Shown in pieces: positions 15,971-24,093 of a DNA stretch of 24,093 bases. Source of the stretch: a virus (Duplodnaviria > Caudoviricetes); IMG/VR virus record IMGVR_UViG_3300032305_000216, positions 1 through 24,093 of that record. One strand, written 5' to 3'. The translations under genes and the position numbers were made by a program. Position 1 is the stretch's first letter. Every line of letters begins with the position of its first letter. A model generated the notes under the pieces. That model was not told the origin of the DNA. It saw nothing but the letters and a program-made list of their open reading frames with translations, and did not search any database.

Positions 15971-16273
15971 ATGATAAATCCATTTATCAAAATGCAAGTT
16001 AAAGACATCATTAGGCAACTACCAAAAGAATTACCTTTTGACCACCCTGATTTTTTTACTACTTATGAGTTAATGATTTACACAAACCAAGAAGATGGTG
16101 ATTGGGATTTAGAAGACTTTAGCCATTTTAAAGGTATGCGAGAATTAGACAAGGTAATTAAAAAAATTGATAATCAATATGGTGATAGATTAAACCACAT
16201 TGATTTTAAATGGTCAGAAGAAGAAGGTGAGTTTGACCAAATGACAATTTACGTTAGACCTGTAAAAAGGTAA
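15971..16273 (+). CDS. Acidic hypothetical protein, the only plus-strand gene
   Basis: Occupies otherwise empty space, with its own promoter and an AAACCAACT-ATG leader. Confidence 0.75.
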   Translation: MINPFIKMQVKDIIRQLPKELPFDHPDFFTTYELMIYTNQEDGDWDLEDFSHFKGMRELDKVIKKIDNQYGDRLNHIDFKWSEEEGEFDQMTIYVRPVKR

Positions 16274-16279
16274 TATAAT

Positions 16280-16303
16280 CAGGGGTGCGACTGACCAACG
16301 CAC
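16280..16303 (+). repeat. 24-nt hairpin element, copy 2 (CAGGGGTGCGACTGACCAACGCAC)
   Basis: One mismatch to the reverse complement of 5371-5394. Confidence 0.85.
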
Positions 16304-16573
16304 TTATTTACTACCATCCTGTAAAGGTAGATGTTTGCTATTGTCTACCTGTCTGTAGCCTAATGCCCATAGCATTTTAGTTAAGGTAATACTCTTTTCA
16401 ACTACCTGTTCCTCTGTATCTTCAGGATTTAACAGGTGAAAAATTTCGTGGATTATAATTTCCATTTTTTTTCTACCCTTCAGTCTAGGGTCAATATATA
16501 TAATGCCATCACTTTCGGCAATGCCGTGTGCTTGTTCTCTGCCTAGCTTCTTATATATAATTTTTATCTTCAC
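16304..16573 (-). CDS. Small HExxH zinc metallopeptidase-like protein
   Basis: 'GIIYIDPRL...EIIIHEIFHLL...EEQV', a minimal zincin (ImmA/IrrE-like) pattern. Confidence 0.7.
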   Translation of the reverse strand: MKIKIIYKKLGREQAHGIAESDGIIYIDPRLKGRKKMEIIIHEIFHLLNPEDTEEQVVEKSITLTKMLWALGYRQVDNSKHLPLQDGSK

Positions 16574-16755
16574 GCTTTCATTAATATTTCATCAGGTCTA
16601 TCCATCTCTATTAACTCAACCTTTTGACCACCTCTAATCTTTGCTAAGATTCTTCTGTATTCTGTTTCAATAGAATGTATTTCCTGCAACTTGCTATTAA
16701 AATAATTCTCTTGTTCTAATAAAGACCACTTGTTAAAACCTTTTGGCATTTTCAT
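16570..16755 (-). CDS. Hypothetical protein (61 aa)
   Basis: Coupled to its neighbours. Confidence 0.6.
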   Translation of the reverse strand: MKMPKGFNKWSLLEQENYFNSKLQEIHSIETEYRRILAKIRGGQKVELIEMDRPDEILMKA

Positions 16756-16936
16756 TTTGTTTAGTTTTTATAATTTTCTTTAAATAAATAGCTAGGTCTA
16801 ATGCTTCTTCGTATGCGTGTTGCAACCAATCTTCTTCACTTAAATCAGTTCTATCCATTGTTGTTCCATATTCTTTTAATCCTTTATCTTCTCTAATTAA
16901 AAGGTCATCAATGATTGAGTATAAAATTCTGCTCAT
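16733..16936 (-). CDS. Small all-alpha protein, MazG-like nucleotide pyrophosphatase candidate
   Basis: 'GLKEYGTTMDRTDL...WLQHAYEEALDLAIYL' with an EExxD motif. Confidence 0.5.
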   Translation of the reverse strand: MSRILYSIIDDLLIREDKGLKEYGTTMDRTDLSEEDWLQHAYEEALDLAIYLKKIIKTKQNENAKRF

Positions 16937-17670
16937 TATTTATCAGTTTTTGAATGTAGCTTACCACAATTTTTACATTTCATTTGTATCTTAACTAAGC
17001 CTGAAGCCATAACCCTTCTATTATTTTTTACAATTTCATCACTACCACATTCAGGACAACTGTTTCTATCACCTCCAAATATAACTCCGTAATGGGTCTT
17101 AGCAGGTATATGATTATTCAATGCCTTGTGTACTTTCTCTAATAGAACTACATCCTGTATGCAATAGTCAATCATTGTGTTCATAGACTTAGTGCAATTT
17201 TTTAGCATTATATCTTTCCACAAATCAAAGTTAGTATGATTCTTTTGACCTAACCCTAAAAACTTTCCTATATAATCAAGCCTGTTTGAATTAAATCTAA
17301 ACTTAGAACGTGCTATTTTTAAAGTATCTATAGTATTATATGTAGGAAACATATCTATTTTATGTAGTAAGCATCTTGTACGAATCCAAGATAGGTCAAA
17401 CTTATCACCATTGTGTCCTACCAATTCATCAGCTTCATTTGCTACAGTTATAAACTCTTGTAGTAGTTTTTTATCACATTGGTTTTTATCCCATTGCAAA
17501 TAATAGACATCTTTGTCATCTTCCCATTTATAACATATACAAATAACTGCACGTTCTTTGATTATGTTCTCTGTACCAATTTGTAATTTGTAACCTGACT
17601 GCCAAAATAAACCCACGTTTGCACTTACTTCAATATCGAAGTATAGCCTTCTGCGTTTTGTTTTTAACAT
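16936..17670 (-). CDS. DEDD/RNase H-like 3'-5' exonuclease (YprB-like) with C-terminal Zn ribbon
   Basis: 'FDIE', 'GHNGDKFD', 'IDTL', 'YCIQDV'; CPECG...CKNCG. Confidence 0.85.
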   Translation of the reverse strand: MLKTKRRRLYFDIEVSANVGLFWQSGYKLQIGTENIIKERAVICICYKWEDDKDVYYLQWDKNQCDKKLLQEFITVANEADELVGHNGDKFDLSWIRTRCLLHKIDMFPTYNTIDTLKIARSKFRFNSNRLDYIGKFLGLGQKNHTNFDLWKDIMLKNCTKSMNTMIDYCIQDVVLLEKVHKALNNHIPAKTHYGVIFGGDRNSCPECGSDEIVKNNRRVMASGLVKIQMKCKNCGKLHSKTDK

Positions 17671-18128
17671 TATATTTGTTTGTAGTTAGTAATTCCATTA
17701 GTTTTAGTTGCTTTTAAAATTTGCCTCCTGTGTCTATCTGAATATGAAACGTGAACCCACGCAGGATTTAAAGGATTGCCAAATTCCCAAATTAATTGGT
17801 CAAATGGTAGCTTATCTTTTATAAAGTTAAATATGTCTACATTTAAAACATCATAGGTTGTGCCATCCATATCAATGTCAATAGCCTGTCCTAATGAATG
17901 TTGTGATGTATTAGACCCCCCAATTTTGGCATTTAATTCCTTAGACCTGTAACCACTAGATATTAAAATAGGGCATCTAAAATTGGCTCTAATTGGCTCA
18001 AATATATGTTCTGCTAATAGTTTAAGATTAGCTATATGTTCAGGTGTTGGCATATTGGTAATGCCACTACGTTTAGCTGATTCACTACGAGTTAATTCTG
18101 CTAATGTAAGGTGTTCAGAAATGACCAT
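17670..18128 (-). CDS. Endolysin, peptidase M15 family
   Basis: 'ISSGYRSKELN', 'SQHSLGQAIDI', 'WVHVSY' zinc-peptidase motifs. Confidence 0.9.
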   Translation of the reverse strand: MVISEHLTLAELTRSESAKRSGITNMPTPEHIANLKLLAEHIFEPIRANFRCPILISSGYRSKELNAKIGGSNTSQHSLGQAIDIDMDGTTYDVLNVDIFNFIKDKLPFDQLIWEFGNPLNPAWVHVSYSDRHRRQILKATKTNGITNYKQI

Positions 18129-18613
18129 ATAAATCTTTTAATTAATATGAATCCAATTAAAATGCCTAATAAACCCCAAAATCGAAGCCTCCACTTTTTG
18201 CTTGTATCTTTACTTTGCTGCAAAGATTCCTTATAATAACGTACAGAATCAATAGTTATTGCTAACCTTCTAGTATCTACAATATAGCCTGTATGAACTT
18301 TATTGACAGTAACTGTCTTTACGATTGTTTTAGGTTTCTCTTTTATAGTTATGTATTCAATCCCATTAATATTGATTGTATCTGTTTTGTAGTTAGTAAT
18401 GGTATCAATAATGGTGGTAGTGTCATTTTTTGTAATTATAGTTGTATCATTTGCGCAGGGTCTAGTTTTCTCTAATTCTCTAAAAACTCTTTCGCTACTT
18501 TCTATATTATTTAAAACTTTACGTTCTGCTTTTAACACAGGATTGCAGCTAAATGCAATAAGTAAAAATATACATATTAAATAAATTGCAAATATCTTAG
18601 ATTTATTTCCCAT
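18101..18613 (-). CDS. Lipoprotein with C-terminal TM helix, unimolecular-spanin candidate
   Basis: Signal MGNKSKIFAIYLICIFLLIAFSC, Thr-rich middle, C-terminal 'FWGLLGILIGFILI'; lies in the lysis cassette. Confidence 0.65.
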   Translation of the reverse strand: MGNKSKIFAIYLICIFLLIAFSCNPVLKAERKVLNNIESSERVFRELEKTRPCANDTTIITKNDTTTIIDTITNYKTDTININGIEYITIKEKPKTIVKTVTVNKVHTGYIVDTRRLAITIDSVRYYKESLQQSKDTSKKWRLRFWGLLGILIGFILIKRFIWSFLNTLH

Positions 18614-18794
18614 ATCTAGTATCATTAGGATTGAGATAGTTTATAATAATAGGCAAAATTGATATAACTCCTGCACTAATGCATTCTTCTAATGTTACTA
18701 AATAAATATTTCCTTTACTTATTATCATTGTAAGAACAGCAGATACAAAGACTTTTATCCAACTGCCATAAATACTATTTAGAAACTTCATCAT
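18603..18794 (-). CDS. Holin-like membrane protein
   Basis: Two hydrophobic segments and a 'YLNPNDTRYGK' tail; ATG ATG at 18794/18791 preferred over the 18836 start. Confidence 0.6.
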   Translation of the reverse strand: MMKFLNSIYGSWIKVFVSAVLTMIISKGNIYLVTLEECISAGVISILPIIINYLNPNDTRYGK

Positions 18795-18966
18795 CTTTGT
18801 ATTTTTTAGTTGCATTGTAATAATAACGAATCGCAAAGATACCTGAAATAATAGCAGTCAAACCTGCTACCAAAGTTACAAAAGGTTGTACCTGTGTTAG
18901 TGTTAGTGAGGCTGCAGTTAAACTGATGCCTGTATTAACCAATGCTTGACTGCTATCTTGTGTCAT
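18775..18966 (-). CDS. Small membrane protein (holin/antiholin candidate)
   Basis: Hydrophobic 'FVTLVAGLTAIISGIFAIRYYY' followed by a charged tail. Confidence 0.55.
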   Translation of the reverse strand: MTQDSSQALVNTGISLTAASLTLTQVQPFVTLVAGLTAIISGIFAIRYYYNATKKYKDDEVSK

Positions 18967-18967
18967 C

Positions 18968-19111
18968 TTAATCTTCTTTTACTTCTGTTTGAGGATTTTG
19001 TTCAGCGTTTAACTTACCCAAAAATTGCAATAATGGTAAACCATACGCAGTAGGGATTGTGTTAATAAACTGCTCTAATTCCTTAACTTGTTGTTCGTTT
19101 AATGTAATCAT
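18968..19111 (-). CDS. Hypothetical protein (47 aa)
   Basis: Not in the track. MITLNEQQVKELEQFINTIPTAYGLPLLQFLGKLNAEQNPQTEVKED*; ends 1 nt before the next ATG. Confidence 0.65.
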   Translation of the reverse strand: MITLNEQQVKELEQFINTIPTAYGLPLLQFLGKLNAEQNPQTEVKED

Positions 19112-19128
19112 TTTTTTAAATTTTACTA

Positions 19129-19136
19129 CAAATATA
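19129..19136 (-). promoter_or_regulatory. Bacteroidota -7 element upstream of the lysis cassette
   Basis: TATATTTG (perfect TAnnTTTG) 17 nt before the ATG at 19111; no clear -33 element. Confidence 0.45.
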
Positions 19137-19160
19137 CTTATTATCTAAATATGTTTATAA

Positions 19161-19466
19161 TTATTTTACAATTTCAGTTTCTTCACTTATTAAAACTAAT
19201 TTTAATTTGTTAGCTGCCCAATCGTAAATCCAAGTGTTAGCATCAGGAGTAGCTGACCACTCTTGATAATCAGCACCATTGATGTCTAAATTAGCAGTAA
19301 TTAAGTTTTCATAGCTTACTGATTCCTCATTTACTATCTCTTTTTGAAGTTCATAGTAAAGGGTAGCACTTGATGTAAAATCATCTGCAATGCTTCTTAA
19401 TGTGAAGTTAGATGCAGTTTGTGGTTCACCGTTGAACCAAGTTGTAATCGGTTGAATTTTTGCCAT
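19161..19466 (-). CDS. Hypothetical tail-fibre-associated protein (101 aa)
   Basis: Small acidic protein after the fibre genes; 'DYQEW...WIYDWAANKLKL'. Confidence 0.6.
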   Translation of the reverse strand: MAKIQPITTWFNGEPQTASNFTLRSIADDFTSSATLYYELQKEIVNEESVSYENLITANLDINGADYQEWSATPDANTWIYDWAANKLKLVLISEETEIVK

Positions 19467-19512
19467 TTTTTTTGTTTTATTTGTTTTAAATATTTATGTA
19501 AAATTAATGAAT

Positions 19513-20298
19513 TTAAGGACAAGAACCATCAAACATACTAACTGTTACTGTACCACTTGCTGATACAACTTGTCCACTAAATGTTCTACTTGTTGATGTT
19601 GCGCTTATGCAAGTAAGATTAGAAGCAGTATCTATAACCTCAACAGAATCATTGCTTACATTTGTATAAGATACAACTATTGTTAAAGATAAACCTATTT
19701 GCGTTGTTGTTGCACTTGCTCCATCTCCTGCAACAATAGGGAAAACTGCTCCATCTACTTGTACGCCATTTATAGTAATATTAGTAATATTTGTACCTGC
19801 CGTATTATTATAAATATCTACTGCTGCAGTTGATGCTCCACATACAAGATAGCTAAATACTGTTGCAACATCTGTTTCAAATGAATACCCACCTAATGAA
19901 AAATAACCACTACCATCAAATTGGTCAATACCATCAGCATCTAAATAAAGAACTGTGCCATTTCCAAATGAACCACTCCAATAAACTGTAACTGAACCTC
20001 CTGTACTATGTGCGCAAGCTGCTGCACGAGTACTAAATCCTGTATAAAAAACAGGTTCTGTCGATACACTTGAATAATAAAGAGTTCCTGAATTTGTAAA
20101 ACCTGCTTCTATAGTTTGATATGGAGGGCATCTTAAACTTGTATATGTATTATAAGGGGATGCAGATTGATTTACATAATAATTAGAATTAATAAATGAT
20201 TTAGTAGCAATACGACTTCCTGTTGCAGGAGTTCCCTTAGCAACTAATCCCATAGTTGTTAAATCCGTATATGTTACTAATGCATTTGTAGTTTTCAT
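19513..20298 (-). CDS. Putative distal fibre / receptor-binding accessory protein
   Basis: Thr/Ser/Gly-rich beta protein, TAATG-coupled to the fibre gene. Confidence 0.55.
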   Translation of the reverse strand: MKTTNALVTYTDLTTMGLVAKGTPATGSRIATKSFINSNYYVNQSASPYNTYTSLRCPPYQTIEAGFTNSGTLYYSSVSTEPVFYTGFSTRAAACAHSTGGSVTVYWSGSFGNGTVLYLDADGIDQFDGSGYFSLGGYSFETDVATVFSYLVCGASTAAVDIYNNTAGTNITNITINGVQVDGAVFPIVAGDGASATTTQIGLSLTIVVSYTNVSNDSVEVIDTASNLTCISATSTSRTFSGQVVSASGTVTVSMFDGSCP

Positions 20299-23200
20299 TA
20301 TAGTAAACTTTTTATAAGTTGTTTTAACTCTGCAACCTCTGCTTCTAAGTAAGCAATCTTTGCAGTATGTACTTGACTATATGATAAGTTTAAAAATCCA
20401 TCTTCTCCTTCGCTAACTGCACTTGGCAATATTTCTTGTAAGTCTTGTGCGTAATATCCTAATTCTTGTTTGTTATTTTTAACATACATTCTTGCAGCAA
20501 CATTTTCTATTCCTTTAGGTTGTTCGTAATCTTTAACAGGAATCTTTAATCTACTATCAGAAGATTCAAAGAATGATGTTGCAGTAACCGAAGATGAAAA
20601 TGTAGCAGCACCGGTAGAAGCTATTGTAAGTCTTGCCGTATTATTAGTTCCGAATATTAATGACCTTGCACCTCTTGCATTTATACCAAAAGTATCATTA
20701 CCACCACTACCAAATATTTGTTGAGCAGTACCAATATCTGCAATCGTTGTACCACTTGTTTGCCAAGTTAAATAACCACCATTTGCATTGGTTGAATTAA
20801 TATTTCCAACTACACCATTTGAGGTTGATAAATATACTTCTGTTGCCGTTACACTACTTGAGAATGTACCTGCATTAGCAGATAAACTTGCAAAGCCATT
20901 TGCAGTAGTTAATAAAGTAAATGTACCTGATGAATGTTGAATCCTTGCAGCACCTGCTAACTCTCCTATTGTCCAACCATAAGTATTAGCACTTTGTATA
21001 ACACCTGCAACTAATAACCCATTAGTAGGAGCAGCAGTTGATGCACTATATCCAATAGCAGCATTACCATTGACCTGAATAGTACTACCAATAGTAGTTG
21101 TTAAAAGTCCTAAAGCACCTGATGATGTTACAACACTTAATGCCGTACCACCTGAGTTTCTCCATTGCTGAATACTTGCAGTTTGTGATGCACAAGCAGT
21201 TACTACTAAAGTAGGTCTTGTTGTTTCAGTTCCTATTACGTTTAATGATGGGTCTGTATTCGATACTGAAGTAACAAAAGGTGTTGCAACAAATGTTCTA
21301 CCACCATAAATTTGCATTGCGTGGTAGGATATAATTTGCATAAAACCACCATTTGCATTTTGAAAACAATTTAAAGCATCACCAAATTGAAACCTTGCAG
21401 CATTTCCTGCACCAAATCCGTTAACACCTACAATTCTTGGAGTAGTGGTTGAGCTACCTGTTCCGGCTACTTGTATATCCCCTGCTACTTGTAAACCATT
21501 TGTTGGTGCAGCAGTTGATGCACTATATCCGATAGCAGCATTTCCGTTTACTTGGAAAGTACTACCAATTGTGGTTGTGTTCAAACCCAATGTACCACCG
21601 GCAGTTAGATTTAAAAGATTATCCGCATCAAAGAATCCCCAAGATAATCTGTTTGAATTACTACCATTTGCAACGTGTATGTAAGCAGTCTTACCTAAAT
21701 TCTTTGTACTTGCAGCCTTACCAATATTAAAAGACAAACCACCACCCGTTTGGTTTGCGGCTAAGATTTGAAATATATCTAAAAATCCACTTGAAAATGA
21801 TTGAGAAGTAGTAATATTCGCAGCATTACCACTTGTTAAAGAAATAGTTAAAGGAGCAGTAGCAGTATTAGTACCAATTGAAATATTACCACTAACTGCC
21901 AAGCCATTCGTAGGTGCAGCCGTACTCGCTGAATATCCTATGGCTGCATTGCCGTTAACTTGTAGAGTAGAGCCAATGGTTGTAGTTCCTATACCAACTG
22001 AATTAGAAGATGATATTCTCATAGTAACAGATGCGTTACTATATATATCTGTATACTTGCCTGAACCTGAATATAAATAAGCATTTCCTGTGCTAATTGA
22101 ACCAAAAGAAACTACGTTAGTTCCATTATTATCACTAACTTGAATATAGTTATTAGCATTATTATTGTTAAATGTTACAATTCCTGTTGACTTTGTAATT
22201 TTTATAATTTCAGAACTATTACCATAAGAGTATAATGATAAATCTGAAGTAGAATTACCTAATGGTGATGAACCTAAAAACCAATCATTAGTGCCTGATG
22301 TTTTCCATATAATAGCATTTGATAATGTAGCAGAACCTCTGTTTAAATCTAAACCTACTGATGTACTTGCATTTACTAAACTTAATGTGGATGCCATAGT
22401 TACTGAACTACTAAATGACTTTGCTCCGGCAAAAGTTTGTGTTCCGGTTGTAACCACACCACCAAAAGAAGCCGAAGCCGGTTCTAAGTTTAATACTGAA
22501 CCGGTTAATGTAGCTGCGTTTGCATTAGGAGTAGAACCAATAGCAGCTAAAGATATTGAACCACCACCACCACTATATTGAGGAATATTTAAAGTATTAC
22601 CTACTAACGTTGCAGCACCACTCGTTCCTGTGGTTGTTAATGTTAAAGAACCTTGATAAGTAGTTGAGTCTACACTTCCGTCAGCCTTTAAAAATTGACT
22701 TGAAGTACCACCACTTTTTATTAAACTTGATGCAGTAACACTACTTGAGAATGTAGCTGCACCACTTGATGCTATTGTTAATCTTATTGCATTTTGATTA
22801 TAAAATAATAATGTATTATCAACAGACTTATAAGTAATTTGAGCAGCATATACACCACCCCCACTTGAAGCATTTGCAAATGTTAATCTTGCTTCATTAC
22901 CTGATGCACTTCCTGAATAAATTGTCATTCCTTGTGAACCACTACCACTACCAACTACTAATGTTCCACTACCATTATTGCCATCAATCGTATTTGGTAT
23001 TGCATTTCCAACTCCTACTTGTCCACTTGATGCTATTGTTAAATACAATGTATTATTTGTTCCAAAAATTAATGGAGCATTTGCCCTATTCAATAGATAT
23101 GCACTTGCATCACCACTACCACCTAAAAGACCAACATCAAATCCACTTGTATTTGTTGTGTTTCTTAAAACTAATTTACTACCTATATTATCTAAAGTGT

Positions 23201-24093
23201 AAGTATTTGTTGTAGATGCAATATTGCCACTAAACGTAGCACTTGTTCCACTTAATGCTCTTGAAACTAAAGTAACTGTTGTTCCATCATCTGTAATTGC
23301 ACTATCACCTATCGTACTTGCACCTGTAAACTTAGGTAGGTAGTTTGTTGTACCTGTTCCTGTTACAGGATTTGTAAGCACACTTTGATATTGTGGGATA
23401 TTAAATACTCCTGTTGTTGAGTTATAAGTTGCAGCTCCACTTGTACCTGTTGTGGTCAAGCTAATTGATGCTCTTGCCAACGCATCTGTATATTGAGTAA
23501 TCGTTGAAGCTATCGTAAACGAAGGATAAGTACCACTAATTGATATTCCTGCACCTTCCGTTAAAGAAACAGTTTGGTCAGGAGCAGAGTTAGTAATTAC
23601 CCCTGTTGTATTGTTGTAGCTTATTCCTACACCTCCACTTAAAGAAGTTAAGGTTATAAAGTTAGAACCATTTGTGATTTGGTTATTATTTGTAGGTATT
23701 GTGATTACCCCTGTTGTGCTATTATAAGCACCACTACCTGCAGCAAAACTTAAAGCAGCTCTTGACCTTGCATCTGTAAAGTAAAGGTTTGTTGCTTCTA
23801 CAACTGCCGTTGTATTTAAAGTTTGAAAAGTTTTATCGCCTCTATAATATTGTGCAGTAGTACCTGCAGTAATAGCAGATTCTTTAGAATTAAATACCGA
23901 CCAATCCGATGAACTAAGTTTTCCTGTATTTATAGCCGAAGCAATAGGTAAATTAAAAGTATGAGTAGCCGTTGCACTTGATATATTAAAGTCAGTTCCA
24001 CTTGTTCCTGTGCCAAAGAATTGGTTTTGTCTTGTAAGGTTATTTAAAGAAATCAAACCTTTTGAGAAAGTAGTAACTACTTGACACAAATGA
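20298..24093 (-). CDS. Long tail fibre protein with C-terminal intramolecular chaperone (peptidase S74-like); 5' end outside the window
   Basis: Gly/Ser/Thr-rich repeats and 'FFESSDSRLK...LGYYAQDLQEILPSAV...LNLSY' plus a terminal coiled coil. The frame stays open to the window end, so the TTG at 24089 is probably not the start. Confidence 0.9.
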   Translation of the reverse strand, partial: HLCQVVTTFSKGLISLNNLTRQNQFFGTGTSGTDFNISSATATHTFNLPIASAINTGKLSSSDWSVFNSKESAITAGTTAQYYRGDKTFQTLNTTAVVEATNLYFTDARSRAALSFAAGSGAYNSTTGVITIPTNNNQITNGSNFITLTSLSGGVGISYNNTTGVITNSAPDQTVSLTEGAGISISGTYPSFTIASTITQYTDALARASISLTTTGTSGAATYNSTTGVFNIPQYQSVLTNPVTGTGTTNYLPKFTGASTIGDSAITDDGTTVTLVSRALSGTSATFSGNIASTTNTYTLDNIGSKLVLRNTTNTSGFDVGLLGGSGDASAYLLNRANAPLIFGTNNTLYLTIASSGQVGVGNAIPNTIDGNNGSGTLVVGSGSGSQGMTIYSGSASGNEARLTFANASSGGGVYAAQITYKSVDNTLLFYNQNAIRLTIASSGAATFSSSVTASSLIKSGGTSSQFLKADGSVDSTTYQGSLTLTTTGTSGAATLVGNTLNIPQYSGGGGSISLAAIGSTPNANAATLTGSVLNLEPASASFGGVVTTGTQTFAGAKSFSSSVTMASTLSLVNASTSVGLDLNRGSATLSNAIIWKTSGTNDWFLGSSPLGNSTSDLSLYSYGNSSEIIKITKSTGIVTFNNNNANNYIQVSDNNGTNVVSFGSISTGNAYLYSGSGKYTDIYSNASVTMRISSSNSVGIGTTTIGSTLQVNGNAAIGYSASTAAPTNGLAVSGNISIGTNTATAPLTISLTSGNAANITTSQSFSSGFLDIFQILAANQTGGGLSFNIGKAASTKNLGKTAYIHVANGSNSNRLSWGFFDADNLLNLTAGGTLGLNTTTIGSTFQVNGNAAIGYSASTAAPTNGLQVAGDIQVAGTGSSTTTPRIVGVNGFGAGNAARFQFGDALNCFQNANGGFMQIISYHAMQIYGGRTFVATPFVTSVSNTDPSLNVIGTETTRPTLVVTACASQTASIQQWRNSGGTALSVVTSSGALGLLTTTIGSTIQVNGNAAIGYSASTAAPTNGLLVAGVIQSANTYGWTIGELAGAARIQHSSGTFTLLTTANGFASLSANAGTFSSSVTATEVYLSTSNGVVGNINSTNANGGYLTWQTSGTTIADIGTAQQIFGSGGNDTFGINARGARSLIFGTNNTARLTIASTGAATFSSSVTATSFFESSDSRLKIPVKDYEQPKGIENVAARMYVKNNKQELGYYAQDLQEILPSAVSEGEDGFLNLSYSQVHTAKIAYLEAEVAELKQLIKSLL

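Noticed and set aside
18789-18836. Lambda S-type dual-start holin/antiholin motif
   Set aside because: The two Met codons are adjacent with no charged residue between them.
18293-23215. Plus-strand ORFs opposite the spanin-like and tail fibre genes
   Set aside because: Shadow frames produced by biased codon use in the minus-strand genes.
20298-24093. Diversity-generating retroelement or invertible shufflon in the fibre gene
   Set aside because: No reverse transcriptase or invertase in the window. The repeats are direct, in frame and differ mainly at synonymous positions, not specifically at adenines.
1-24093. Stop-codon reassignment, tRNA genes, integrase or att site
   Set aside because: Genes tile densely under the standard code, and I saw no cloverleaf or recombinase.

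Overview
The window is 24 kb of an AT-rich tailed dsDNA phage (Caudoviricetes) genome. The host is most likely a Bacteroidota (Flavobacterium/Cytophaga-like) bacterium, judged from TAnnTTTG-type promoters and A-rich start regions lacking Shine-Dalgarno motifs. Nearly all real genes are on the minus strand. In transcription order: a long repetitive tail fibre with a C-terminal S74-type chaperone; a lysis cassette (two small membrane proteins, a unimolecular-spanin-like lipoprotein, an M15 endolysin); a DEDD exonuclease / MazG-like / HExxH trio; a symmetric divergent control region with the only plus-strand gene; ERF recombinase, HTH, a DnaA-domain-IV-like protein and a DUF1376-like initiator with internal iterons; VRR-NUC and a sigma-like factor; an LpxA-like acyltransferase plus two glycosyltransferases; HNH, TerS, TerL; a small self-contained accessory island; a -1 frameshifted tail assembly chaperone; tail proteins; and the start of a tape-measure-like gene. 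The most notable non-coding signals are: two hairpins with perfectly complementary 7-nt loops in the initiator leader; a 20-bp-phased TTACCGTT box pair upstream of three promoters; a TGTCC/GGACA palindromic array; a repeated 24-nt hairpin element behind two promoter-proximal genes; and an apparent absence of GATC and CCAG/CTGG. All protein calls come from motif recognition by eye; no database search was run.
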